From Lepidodermella squamata (lineage: Eukaryota; Animalia; Gastrotricha): 64,000 nt of DNA. Of this stretch, positions 11,901 through 24,500 are shown piece after piece. The notes under the pieces are model-generated. The model made no database searches, had not been told where the DNA came from, and was given only the letters and a program-made list of their open reading frames with translations. A program made the translations under genes and the position numbers. Position 1 is the first letter of the stretch. Each line of letters begins with the position of its first letter. The stretch is from contig JBLDXI010000030.1 of the NCBI GenBank assembly GCA_047495785.1, forward strand, positions 806,001-870,000, written 5' to 3'.

Positions 11901-13089
11901 TGACACGCCAAGCACACCACCGAGTGAATAGATAAGGTGCTGCCTTAGGTTTCACACCAATTGTAATTTCACCGAATTGCCAATTGATAGTTGTCAATGA
12001 AGGGCAACTTCCTTCTAATATTTCCGGCGTGGTTGTGGAGCCAAGCGTTGCTGGTATATTAGCTTCCACTTGCTCGAAGAAGATCTCGAGGCGGATGTAA
12101 AGTACATTTCCCGAACCAGTGAACAGCACTAATACAGAAGAACTATTACTCGTCACGGTCACAGTATTGTTGTTTCCAAGGTCAGATTGTCCGTATCGAC
12201 CGATAACAGGGGCTATGCCAGAATAACCGGCATCCAGCAACTCGATTCTAGCGACATCATTTAGTTGTTTGTTCCCAGAGATATCAAAAGTGAATAAAGA
12301 GATTTTCGAGAATTTGATCGCCTTTCCTTGTTCAGCAAAAATGCGCCATTGCAGCACGCAGTTCCAACACTCACCGGTGCTGACTAGGACTCCGCTTTTC
12401 ACGCCTCGGATCGTTGACTGTGGTGTCAAGGTAGCATTTGATACTTTTATCATGTTACTCTCGGTGTACTGACAAGTCGGGCCGAATGTATTTTCAGGGC
12501 ACAAGCATAACATCCCGTTGAGACATTTACCACTCCCACACGACTGTGGGCAGCTTAAACCCGTGGATTCTTTAGGAAAGAAATTGCTCAGACATAGAGG
12601 CCCCGAATCAGGAAAACTTACCATCTTCACAATAATCGCCACTATAGCGATAGCGGCATTTCGAACAAATACCAGTGGTCGTGCAGCTGCCTCCATTCGG
12701 ACAGGCCGCTTGAAAGAAGGTCTTTATCACATTGCTGCATTTGTTTTCATTCACTTACGGCCTTTTACGACGCATTTTGTTGGCGGGACGTCCCACGAGC
12801 CGTTCGCCAGGCATCGGTGGCTACTTAGAACATTAGAGCCGTCCATTACTTGAATGGTATCATTGAAATCGCGCGGCTTCGAGACTTCTTCTTGGGCGAT
12901 TTCTCTCCATTCGAAGGATGTTGCCGCGCTCTTGTAACGGTACTGACCGGGTAAAGTCCGAAACCCAGGGCACGTCGAGTGAGCTATAAAACAACCAGTA
13001 ATTTTCACGTAAATTGAGGAAAATCATTTCGTGCCTTCACAAATAAAATGTAAAAATGCCCATAGCTTTAGTGCTCTTCGGAATGACAT
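8995..13089 (-). CDS. Chimeric Cys-loop channel A2 (SP, sushi-like, EGFx2, CUBx2, EGF, CUB, RKKR, CUB, stalk, pLGIC, 4TM)
   Basis: ATG 13089 (MSFRRALKLWAFLHFIC). Phase-compatible exons cover ORFs 12751-13008, 11860-12696, 11522-11758, 11223-11432 and 10856-11050. Terminal exon 8995-10844 has CEMNLRKFPFHTQTC, FRRRPNYYLLNIIGP, PDRVMFVVTILLALTV and four TM segments. Confidence 0.85.
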
Positions 13090-13510
13090 TGTTTTTTCAA
13101 CCTCTATATCTGCAGGAGAATGTACAGCACTGTCAAAATTTCATGTGCGGTTAACCGATGAGGGAAATTTAATTTAGCGGCTTTATTTACTCGGCTCAGC
13201 TACTTTTGCCTACCGACTATAACAGCTGGCATCGTTTCGATCTGCAATCTAGTCTTGTATATGCAATTTTTATTTTCTGAAGTTTAATTGAAATTATGAC
13301 AGGATATTAAAACACTGCAGGGTGTTCTATGTTGAGGCCGTTGATTGCCAGCACCGCGTTAGCTACTTGGGCGTCGAAAAGCTTCGATTGCTTACCGTTG
13401 AACTAATTGGCAGCGAACCAACAGAATTTCGCTGTGCTTTATACGCCATGAGAGTTGATAATGACCCTGAACCCTGAACCCTGAAAATTGCCCCTTGCCC
13501 TTTGCCCCTT

Positions 13511-13716
13511 GGATCATCCCCCATCTTGGCCGGGCTAGACAACAAAATGAGAATTTATCCCACTGTTTCGTTAATTTGAGAGGATTGAGAGCCTGTTTTA
13601 ACGGAAAATCTTCAACATTCTCGCTTCGATCGGTTTTTAGTTGTAATGACTAGTCATTTTTGCAAATACAGCAATTTTTCATCTCTGGCAGCTCCGAGAT
13701 CTAAGATCGCACCCTG
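13511..13716 (+). mobile_element. Partial diverged copy of the hAT-type MITE at 58212-58470
   Basis: Colinear similarity to 58252-58470 (GGATCATCCC..., ATGACTAGTCATTTT...AAATACAGCAA, AAGATCGCACCCTG end). Confidence 0.7.
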
Positions 13717-14584
13717 CTCGTTGAAATGGACAGAAACCTGACCTTGAAGTTGAACGGTAAAACTTCCATTGCTGAGTAAACATCACAAGTTTATTTGTTC
13801 GGAAATCAGAGTGAAATCGCTTTTTAGATAGTAAGAGAAAGGTATCAAAAGCCTTTTTTCAGCTGTTTACTTTAATAGCAAGGGGAGAATGACACCACGG
13901 AGCATACGTTGACAGAGCAAATTTTGAGTTTTTTGTTATCCTTCGGTTAATAGGACAGGAGTATGGGAAAGTGCTATGAAAGGCATAGTTTTAGTCGGAA
14001 AAGTGGTGGGACAAGAAAGCCGGTTTGTATAATGTGTAGTTTACTCAGATCGATGCCCACAACTCGATACTATGAATTATATTTTTTCAGGGAAAGCAAG
14101 CTTAAATTTGCAAGCCAATTTGGAGTGCGCGTAAAACTTTTTTAGTTTGATTTTTCGAGCGAGAATACCATATTCAATCGATGGAGTATTGTCTGAATTA
14201 TTTTTTGGTATAAAACCGACGCGATATTTGAAAGTAACCCTTTGACATCTTCCCGCGACAATTTGTTAAAAAATAGTGTAATTTACATAAATCCATGACC
14301 CAAGATGCACTGAGTCTAGTCCAATAGGGTTGATGTTCAAAAGCTGTGAAAAGCCAATCAAATCAAAGTCAAAATGAAGAAGTGGGATAATGAATAAATG
14401 ATACGTGAAGCCTGGAGTTAAAGCCTGACATCAAAGCTCTGATAATTTAAGCTCGTCATTCATCGATTAAGAACTTCATGCGGGAGAAATTCGAAGAGTT
14501 TGAAGCGATGTAAAGGGATTAGGTAAACATTCCTTATTAGGTAGAAATTCCTTTCGGTATTTGTTTAGCCGTATTTGAGAATAT

Positions 14585-15060
14585 CGCAACCGCCATGATG
14601 AATCCCAAGGCATTCAGAAGACTCAAGACTGAAATACGGAGGCAGCCAAACTTCAGCACTTTATTCAGGTCACGCAAACTACGGCGATTTCGAGTTGGCG
14701 CGGACACTGTATGTATCTCATATAATAGGCCTTCTATAGCTTGAACCTGTTGTAAAATCAGCCGAGAATTCTGTTACCAGACCATATTTGTATCGCAGAT
14801 GCAAAATGATAGAATTAGTTTCGGCATTCATAATTGCCGCTGAATCAGCGTTTCCAGATGGTCCAATTTTACCTAGAAAGGTTGTCTTGAATGATCCTGG
14901 CCGCATCTCATAAGCAAAGAGCCAGACTGTAAGGAAGGCAATGATTCGTCAAGCTGAATACACAGCACTATAACCCTACCATCTTTCTGAAAGTACCCAG
15001 AGCCGTTGATCGCCCACCCGGCTACCACCAGCTCGTCATGATTTCGGCCTCATAACTGCA
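14585..15060 (-). pseudogene. Deleted relic of an array-A channel gene
   Basis: 14590-14662 closely matches the M3-M4/M4 DNA of A2 (9050-9122). 14718-14927 matches the third CUB exon (NSIILHLRYKYGLVTEF versus NSVILLLQYKTGLYVEF). The intervening stalk and channel are absent. Confidence 0.75.
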
Positions 15061-15320
15061 ATTTTCGAGAGCCGAATAATATAAAAAAACAAAAATGCTT
15101 GTTGAATCACAAAAAATCATTCTATTTTGAGGTTTTGTTTAAAAGTGGAGCAACGTGCCAGCTGCGGATGCGTCGATTCCAGGCTTTTAAATTGAAATTT
15201 AAAAACTGGATATTTCACGCTATACATTTTTATTCTAGTTGAAAAGCGAGAAAGTGAACAGCGTGCAAAGCTTGCAAAGTGATATAGTAAAATTTAACTC
15301 AAACTGTTCCATTCAGTGCC

Positions 15321-18300
15321 TTATTCGTAGTTGAGAACATAAAGGCCATACAAATTGATTCCCAAAAAGAACGCCACTGCGAGAATGAAGCCGATTGCGT
15401 TCAAGAAATTCAGCAGAGTCACCTTGCAAAATAAGACAGAAATTGGCTTCTTGCCAGTCTTACGCATTTCCGTCGCTAGGTACCCGAGAAGCAGGTTGTA
15501 AAGCGTAACCAACCCAGTGTAGACCGACATGTAGAAGATGTACTCTGTCAGAAGGATCCTCTCAGCACTTTTCGGTACATCGGCCAAGACCTGATTCTGG
15601 GCAACAGTCAGAGCCAGTAGGATTGTGACCACAAACATGACCCGATCTGGCTTACTAGCATGCATTAGAAACGCAGCAAGTTCCAAGAAAGTTAGAATCA
15701 AACAAGGCCCGATTATGTTCAGCAGGTAGTAATTCGGCCGTCTGCGATAAGTTAGGGAGAAAACTGCAACACTGACTCTACTCCCAATTGTAGCAGCTGG
15801 CCATAGCTTGACTTCAGCCTTAGTTTGCCCCGGCAAGATCTGCCACAGAGCGATTGATGATAACGTATCTGGCGTGATAATCCGCAGATAATCCGCGGAA
15901 AACCCTGTCAGATTGACCGAGCGATGAATCCCGAACTCAATCTTACACGTTTGGGTATCGAACGGGAATTTCCTCAGATTCATCTCGCATGTCGATTTGT
16001 AGACACCCACCCTCGACCAGTAGAACTGCATGCTTAGGTAAGTATCATCAAGGGGCTTGATTATGAACACGAAGTCGTCCCCCAACTGGCTTTTGACCAT
16101 GTAGACATTATCAGGGCTCGATCTGAATGTCAAAGGGGGTAGCCAGAATTGCTCCTTCGAACCAACGAAAACCCTCTCCGCAGCGTTGATTTCGACAGGT
16201 ATTTCATTTCGTTTACAGGTTGTAATGTTCCATCGGAGTTGTAGTATCCCTGAGACTATTATCGTCTCTTCGACTTCCTTAATCCCGAAAAATTGGTCGA
16301 TAACGAAAATCGCGCCAATATCCGTTGGGTTATCGTTGTTAGGTGGAGCACTACGGTCTGCGCTATAGTCGTGGCATGTGCCGTTGGTGATATCTGTATC
16401 TCGCACTCTTGGGGTTGCCGTTTCAGTCGGAAGTTGGGGTAGAGCTTCGGCTGCCTTTTCTATAACAGTCATTTGCGTTTGAAGAGGAGTTGGAAAGGTT
16501 GGTATCTCTATTGTAGTTGGCGCGCTTGTTGCAGTAGTTACCCATAGTATTGTTGTTGGTAGAGAACTCGAACTACTCCAGCTCGATGTCGTACTGTCAC
16601 TCAAGCTTGAATTTGAATTTGAAATCGTAGATGCTGTTGTAGTCGAAGTCGTAGTAGTTGTTGTTGTCGTCGTCGGTAGTTCGAAATTGAGCTTCATTTG
16701 GAATCCTGATTTCGCATCAGCCAGGTCAGACTTCCCGGTGTTTAGAACGACCAAAAGTTCTGTATTCACAGTTCCATTCAACCAATCGAATCGCTGCATC
16801 CCCTCAGGTTTCGTTAGGCTGAAATCAGCCGAGAACGTTCGATTCGCAATGTTCCAGCTGTTGCTGTTGTCGCGGCGGCGAATTACAAGATTTCCGTCTC
16901 GCTTCAGATCAATGTTCATAAACTGGTAGGAAAAATCGAGAGCGAATGGGTAGCGTATCAGCCACTGGCAAACTGTTAGGTTCGTCCTGGAAGCAGGCCA
17001 TTTCCCAATCACGCCCGTCTCCATCGGCCAGTCTATAACTGCGAAGACCGGGCAGGTTCCGTCAACTGGTGGTAAGTCGGGAGCAGCTCGCTTTGCCTTA
17101 CTTTTAGTAACTGGAGCCTCTGGGAAAAATGGCGAAATAAAAAATATTAAACAATGGAAATGTTTATACCAGGGTTGAAATCTGCGCTAAATTGTATGTA
17201 TAACCCGGGCTGATATCGGAGGAGTAGAATCATCGTGCTAGCTGTGCCGTTCTTAAAAGTCAGACCCCTCGGGGTGGAAGGGGTTATCTCTACCAAAGGA
17301 GTAGCTAGGACAGATCCAGTTGCCAATTCGTGGATCGAGAAAATAACTTTAAGAAGGAACATCGTTAGAGTTAGCTTTGGAAAATCAGTTTCCTTACCGT
17401 CATCCCGAAAATACCCCATAGAATCGATGGCTTTTATGACAACGTTGTTGATCCTGGATAGGATTCATTATAATGAAAGGATTAAAAGATGAGTCCGGCT
17501 TACGTGAAAGTTTGATTAGCATAGGTTGAGATCATCCACTGGCAGAATCCTGACTTTGCCTGGAATTTGAGTAGAATCATACCCCTTCCATTGATATTTG
17601 TCAGATTATTCTGCCCAGCCACCAATGCCGAATTACATACGGTGTTTTTTATGGGATACATATCTTCAAAAAAGTGGTTGGTGTACATTTAAATAATAGC
17701 GGATCGTGGCATTACTGCTATTCGTATCAAAATTGAACTCGCACGAGACTCCATAGTAGTTAGCCGGGCATTGGCAAGTGTCCTTGTAAATGCAGAACCC
17801 ATCATTTTGACATGGCTTGGAGCATGAAGGGACTATACAAAAAACCTATCTCTAAATCAACAATAAATATCGTAAATATTCACCTAATTTGAATTTTGCG
17901 TAGAATCCATTGGTTCTAGGGATTGTATGACCTCTAGAAACGTAGTAAACCTGAACTTCACGGTTAGAATCAGAGTACGGCAAGGGCAGAAGCGTGTCGG
18001 AAAACGACTCAGACGCACGGGCACGTATATCAATCGAAAACGGGGTCGTGAAAATAGTTCCTGTTGTGTAGTTGATCGAATGCATTGCTAGGTATATCCC
18101 CGCGTCGCTGTTTACGGTGTAGTTAAGGAACCGGTATCTGTGGCATAATTTGTATTAAGGCGAATCGATGATTCATCAATATTACTGTAAAACGCTGTCA
18201 GGTGGAATGATGAAGCGCCAAGTGCATGTTTCTGAGATTGAACTGTAAATACTTGTTGCATTCACGCCAATAACCTCCTCTGTCGAGAATCGCCAGTCAA

Positions 18301-19395
18301 TTGTTGTCAGTGCGTTGCATTGAGGACCAATCTCAGGGAATGATTTGTCGCTATCAGCGCTCAAATAATTCGACCCATTGACCTGTTCAAAGTACATATC
18401 ATATCGAACGAAAAGGCCTGCCGCGGTTGAAGACAACCATAGTAGCACCGATGAGGTATTGCTCGTGACGGATTTTGCGTTTCCAGGAACCAGTTCACTA
18501 GATCGCAATTCAGCGAGTTTCGTTGCAACTCCGGAATTGCCAAAGTCGAACACTTGGAATTTCGCCTCGTTGTTGAGAGTTACATTGCCAGTAGAGTTGA
18601 CCACTGTCAGAAAAATTCCAGAGAGCTTTACAGCCTTGCCTGGATCCGCAAAAATCCGCCATTGGAACAGTCCATTGCCAAGTATGTAGTAACCGTCGAT
18701 TACTCCGTTTTGAACGTTTTGAATTGTCGTGTCGCGTGACAAAAGATACAATTGTTTCGTCATTTTATAGCCGACTTTGTGCTGACAGTAACGGCCGCGC
18801 ATATCAGCCGGACAGGCGCAGGCTTTGCCATTCAAACATGTGCCATTAGTGCAACCAAGTGAGCAGCTAGAAGCAGCTAAAATACAAGTAAAATAGTCAG
18901 AAAATGGCTTCAAAAAACATAAGTTACCATCTTCGCAATAAGTACCACTGTAACCATAATAACAATTGCATTGATCATTTCCATTACACCAACCACCGTT
19001 TGCGCAACCAGCTTAACAGTTGAACATTCAAAATTCAAATATTCGCTTGTAAAGGGCTTGTAAAGCTTACAGCCTGAAGCGCATGGAGCCGGAGCTACGT
19101 CCCAAGTGTTATCGCTCAAGCACCGGTGCTCCCTTTTCGGCGCCCAATTGACCAATATTCGAATTGTGTCGTTGATTTTGTTGAACTTGGCTACGTCACC
19201 TTGCGAGATATTTTGCCATATGTAAGACGTAGCATTTGGGGAGCCGGTCATGTACTGAAACTGCACCCCTAATGTCCTGAAATATGGACAAGTTGCCCAG
19301 ACTGAAACAAGTAACGATTAATAGGTGATTTATTCAGTGAAATTTTCACCTTCAGAACTTTGCTGCAGGAAAATGAGGAGAGTCAAAGCTAACAT
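15321..19395 (-). CDS. Chimeric Cys-loop channel A3 (same architecture as A2)
   Basis: ATG 19395 (MLALTLLIFLQQSSE). Exons within ORFs 18910-19266, 18182-18913, 17852-18085, 17500-17688 and 17147-17419. The terminal exon has KAKR, CUB, poly-Thr stalk, CEMNLRKFPFDTQTC and 4TM. Confidence 0.85.
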
Positions 19396-19862
19396 AATAC
19401 GCGGTTTTTTGAATATATTCAATTCAGCATAACGAACCTTCCATGTGGGAACTCAGTTTTATGAAGCAGATTCTCGAAGGCAATACTTTGATGCTGGCTG
19501 GCAGGAAATTGAACTTGATCCAGGCATCGAATACCGGAAAGCAAGTGTCGAAATATTGGCATTTTTCAATTATCTTTTCTATTTTTGCCGCGAGCTTGGA
19601 GCATAAGTGTAACTATGGAGCTGAAAGTTTCATAAATGGACTACATTCACATTGGACAACGCGGAAACCGCAGAACATCCTTTGAAAATAAATCGACTTA
19701 CTATGCATATTTGGGCAAACATTGAAATTAGCAGGTTTTGAAAAGGAAAACGTGATTGGAATCCAAATTTGCATACTCAGGCGCATCGGCTTACATTCTG
19801 AGCTTATTCTATACACAACGTAAAAGGAAGCAATTTCATGCCTTAAAGTATTCTGCATATAA

Positions 19863-20966
19863 ATGCTATCAAACTTCCATTTCACAATTTTAGCGTTGTA
19901 TTTACTCACCATTACAAAATCCCTTGAATATTACCGCAGTTACTCGCCCCAACCGCTCAATCGATGGATGACTAACCTACCAGTCGAGGTTCGCCAACGC
20001 CCATTAAACCAATTAGCCATTCCAGGTTCCCACAACGCTTTCACCTATCACCTTGATACGACCTACAAAGCGGATTTCGCTCCGGATAAAAAAGGCATCG
20101 CATGGGCTAACATGAATATTTTCAAAATGTTCCCGGTTTGGATAATTGCGAGACGAGCAGTTTTGGCTGTGGTCAATAATTGGGCGAAAACTCAAGATGC
20201 TACGTTTTCGGAACAGTTAGCTATCGGCATTAGATACTTCGACATCAGGTTGGCCTATGATGCTCGAAATGACATGGTACGAATAGTCCACGGTCTTTTC
20301 GGCCGTGAAATTGAAGATATTGTTGGTTTTTTTTAACATGGAATTCTAACTATAATTTAAAATATACAGCTCATAGAATTGAAGGGATTCCTGGATGACA
20401 ACCCGGGAGAAGTCGTTTTTCTAGGTCTTAATCAGTTCCATGCGATGAAGGCCAGTCATCATGCAGCTTTGAAGAACCTTTTTCGCGATATTTTTGGCGA
20501 CAGAATCGCAACGGCTAAAATTTACGATAGGAATAGTAGAGCTATGACGTTGGAAAGGCTCGCGGAGGCTAATCAACAACTGGTTATTTTCAGTGGATTA
20601 CCTGATCTGAGGGACGGTCTCTACTGGGGCCCACATTTCTTCGGAAACCCATGGCCCCAAACGACTAAATATGGAGAAATGAGGACTTTTTTGACGAGGC
20701 TTCACACAAACCGCCGCCCTGCGAATCCACGGAGATTTCTTATCTATCAAGGCATTCTGACACCAAATGCAGATTACATTGCTAGTAAGCTAGGAATCTT
20801 TGGTAAGCTGAAAGGTCTTGCTCTAGACGGCACTTGGACAACTGTTGAGTGGCTGCGACAGCTGAAGTCTGATGAGAACAGAATTCTTGGGAAATTGAAC
20901 ATAATCATGGCTGATTTCGTCGACAATTACGAATTGGCGAGGCATGTTATTGATATGAACTTTTGA
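19863..20966 (+). CDS. PLCXD: PI-PLC X-domain-containing protein with signal peptide
   Basis: LAIPGSHNAF, EQLAIGIRYFDIR, HGLF, PGEVVFL and NIIMADFV motifs. One phase-0 intron (~20322-20369) joins ORFs 19863-20336 and 20379-20966. Confidence 0.9.
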
Positions 20967-21596
20967 CGGATGATGAAGATTCATTCACAACATAGTTATA
21001 AATATGTTCAATAAAGAAAGTCTCCGCATTTTCACAACATTTTATTTGGAAATTCCATATAAACTTATAGAGGCGAAGCTTAGAAGTTTCAAGAGATTTC
21101 AGCACAATTTGATAATCAAGTTTACGAAAATCAACTTGTCACAAAACAAATCAAGTTTATCAATGTGAAAATGAGAAAATAAGTGATGAATGAATTATGT
21201 GTAATATATATTTACAGTTTTAATTATATAAATTAATTTAATATTAATTTTTCAATATTTTTTTGGAAAATTTAAATAATTGAATTCCCCTGAATTCCGT
21301 GCCAAGCATCATTTCATTATGCACCAAATTATTCCACGTCCCAAATTCAAAACACCGCCCCAAACCCTAACCCTAACCAGGTAAATAACCAAATAGAATC
21401 GTTAGGAATTAAACTGAATAATAATTCGGTACCGCATTACGATTCCCACGTCCTATTTTTGAGGATATTGAATCAATCAAAAAGAAAAAATCGCCAAATC
21501 GGAAAAGCCGTATCCCCTGATCATGAGATCACATCAGACTTGAGTAAGCTTTCATATTCATTCATTTTGCATTCACAGAATTTCAGTCGCACAGAA

Positions 21597-24500
21597 TTAT
21601 TCCCGGTCCAAAACGTGTAAAGCATACAGATTGATAGCCGCGAAAATAGCAGATGCGCCGACAAATCCGATGTAGTTCAGAAAATTCATTAGAGAAACGC
21701 GGAAACAGCAGATTTTCAAGGTTTTGAAAGCCCTCTTCGGACTTTCGGTTGCGATGAAACCCATCATGAGGTTGTAGAGAGTGCAGATGCCAGTGTAAGC
21801 TGCCATGTAGAAAATCCACTCAGTCAACAGAATTCTCTCAGCTGTTCGAGGCATAATGACTAAAACTTGGTTCTGCGCAACAGTGAGAGCCAGCAGGATA
21901 GTTACAACAAACATAACTCGATCAGGCTTACTAGCTTGCATTAGAAAAGCAGCAAGTTCCAAGAAAGTTAGAATCAAACACGGACCGACAATGTTAAGAA
22001 TATAGTAGTCTGGCCGCCTTCTGAACGTGAGAGAAAACACAGCAAGGCTAACCTTTGCACTCAGAGTCGGCGCCTTAACAGTCGAGACACTAAACTCATT
22101 CTGTTCATAAAGAATTTCCCAAAGAGAAACAGGTGATGTTTCATCAAGCGTAAACATCGTGATATTGTCGAATATAGCCAACGTGATTGATCGATGGATT
22201 CCGAACTTGAGGACACAAGTCTGGGTATCAAACGGGAATTTTCTGAGACTCAACGAGCATCTTGACGTGAAAACACCAACTCGCGACCAGTAGAACTGCA
22301 TAGTTATGTTAGGATCGCCGGGTTTGACGACGAAAATGAAATCATCCCCCAAATGGCTGTCAATCATATATATATCATCCGGGCTGGTTCTGAAGGTGAG
22401 AGGCGGCCGCCAGAACTCGTTGACGTCTCCGACAAAAACTCGCTCAGGCCCGCCAATGTCGATGTTAACTTGATCCTTCGAGCATGTCGTGACGTTCCAG
22501 CGGAGTTGTAGGATCCCGGCTAGGGTTACAGTTTCAGCTACATCGTCGATTCCGAGGAATTGATCGATAACCAACGTTGCGTTGACTCCATTAGGCTGGT
22601 TGTTGTTTGGCGGGGCACTTTTGTCCGAGGCGTAGTCTTTGCATTCGCTGTTTTTCAGATCAGAGTCGCGAACTTTTGGAATAGCGCTTTCGACTGGCAG
22701 TTTCGGGAAAGAAGCTGCAGCTTTGTCCTCGGCTGATTGTTTAACATTTGGTGCTGGGGGTGGTTCGGTTGTAGTCGTAGTCGTAGTTGCAGTGGTTGTA
22801 GTGCTCGATGTTGCTGTTGTAATCGCCTGGGTGGTTGAAGGAATTCCCGTTGAGGAGGATTCCATAATGGCCGCAGTTGTTTTCACTTCTGCTAGAGTAG
22901 GACTAGTTGCAAGGCTTGAAGAAGCACTTTGAGTTGTAGATTGTGCAGAAGTAGGAATAGCTTTCGATGTCGTACCGGATGTCGTGACAGTGGTTGAAAT
23001 TGTGGTTGAAATAGTGGTCAAAGTGGATGTAGCCTTAGTAGACGTTGTAGCCGTGCTGGAGGAGGAGGTTGTCGGAGTGGTTGTAGATGACGCAGGGGGA
23101 ATTTGAATAAGACTCACTCTAGCAATAGCTGGCACCTGGTTCATTGTATAGTAAACAAGCAATGCCTCATTGTTACTGCCAACCGCAGAGCTTGGTAGAA
23201 ATTGCCAATATCCCATGCTTCCCATGATGTTATTCAGCGATCCAGGAGAGCCATAAAAGAAAAGTATGGAGCCAGCGGAGAATAGGTAATCATTCGACTG
23301 GTCAAGAACAAATCTCATCCTCCAATCAGCGGGGTAGACAAAATGCCACATGCAGAGCTCTCTATTCTGAGTAGGTTTCTGAACGGCGGGCCATTTTCCA
23401 GCGTACTGGTTCGTCGAGAATGTCCAATCGATTCTCGAATAAACCGAACAATTAGAACTAGCACTTGGGAATACTTTATCATTGACCTGGCGCTTCTTCC
23501 GTATTAAACTCGAAGATGCTGGCACTGAATTATCAAAAGAAATACTTTGAAGGTTTCATTCCACTCAGGTTGTCTTACCGAAACCTTAGCACTCTCATCA
23601 GTTGCTATACCTTTCCCCGATTACGGATCTCAACGGATCTCGGTTTTAGCTAAAACTTAATAACGAAAATGGAATTTTTGGCAATAAAAATGTTAGCCAT
23701 CCTGAAATGTTCGGGTTTTGAAATTGCGTTTAGGCGCTACACATTCTTAGGCTTCAAGCTGGAATTTTCTTTATGAACCTTGTTCAGACGATTCATCAGG
23801 AACTTACCGCTTTCGAATTCCATGAACAACTCAGTATAAGAGTACTGCATTTCCAGCACGACTATCGCCGTGTTTGATTTTGTGACGATTTCATCGCCAT
23901 TTCCTGGCATGCCACTTTTCGCGTTGAATCGTGCGATTTCCACCGAGGAAACTGCTCCTATGGGCAATTCATGAATTGTGAGATTCGCGACTGGCCCGGC
24001 GGTTTCCCACTCAATGCTCCTGTTGACTGATTTCAGGGTAATATTCCAAAATCTTGTATTGAAACAATTCTTAAGATGGAAATTTGGATAAAGCTGGATG
24101 CGTTACCTGATATAATTGTCTTGCGCTGCCGTTATATACATCACGCATGTTTGGGCTGTTCTTTGCTGCCACAACATTGCCACCCCGCGTTTGAAGTTTT
24201 TTATAGTGTTGCTGCTGTCCATGCCCAAGAAGCAGGCTTTGATTTGCGGACTCGACGCTGGTACTACCATAATATTGTTCCTCATGATTATATATGCTTG
24301 CAACAAAACATCGGAGCTTACTGTACACCGCCGTGTTAACTTGGCAAAACGATCCAATCCAAGGCGATATGCACATGCAGGTATCTTTATAGACGCAAGT
24401 TCCACCATTCAGACAAGGGCTTGAACATGCCATTTCTATCACAAGAAAACGGATAATTTTTTTTATTGTATTACATTGAGTCAAAACCTGTTGATAGACG

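Noticed and set aside
21362-21378. Telomere-like AACCCTAACCCTAACC
   Set aside because: Only about two units and interstitial; too short to call.
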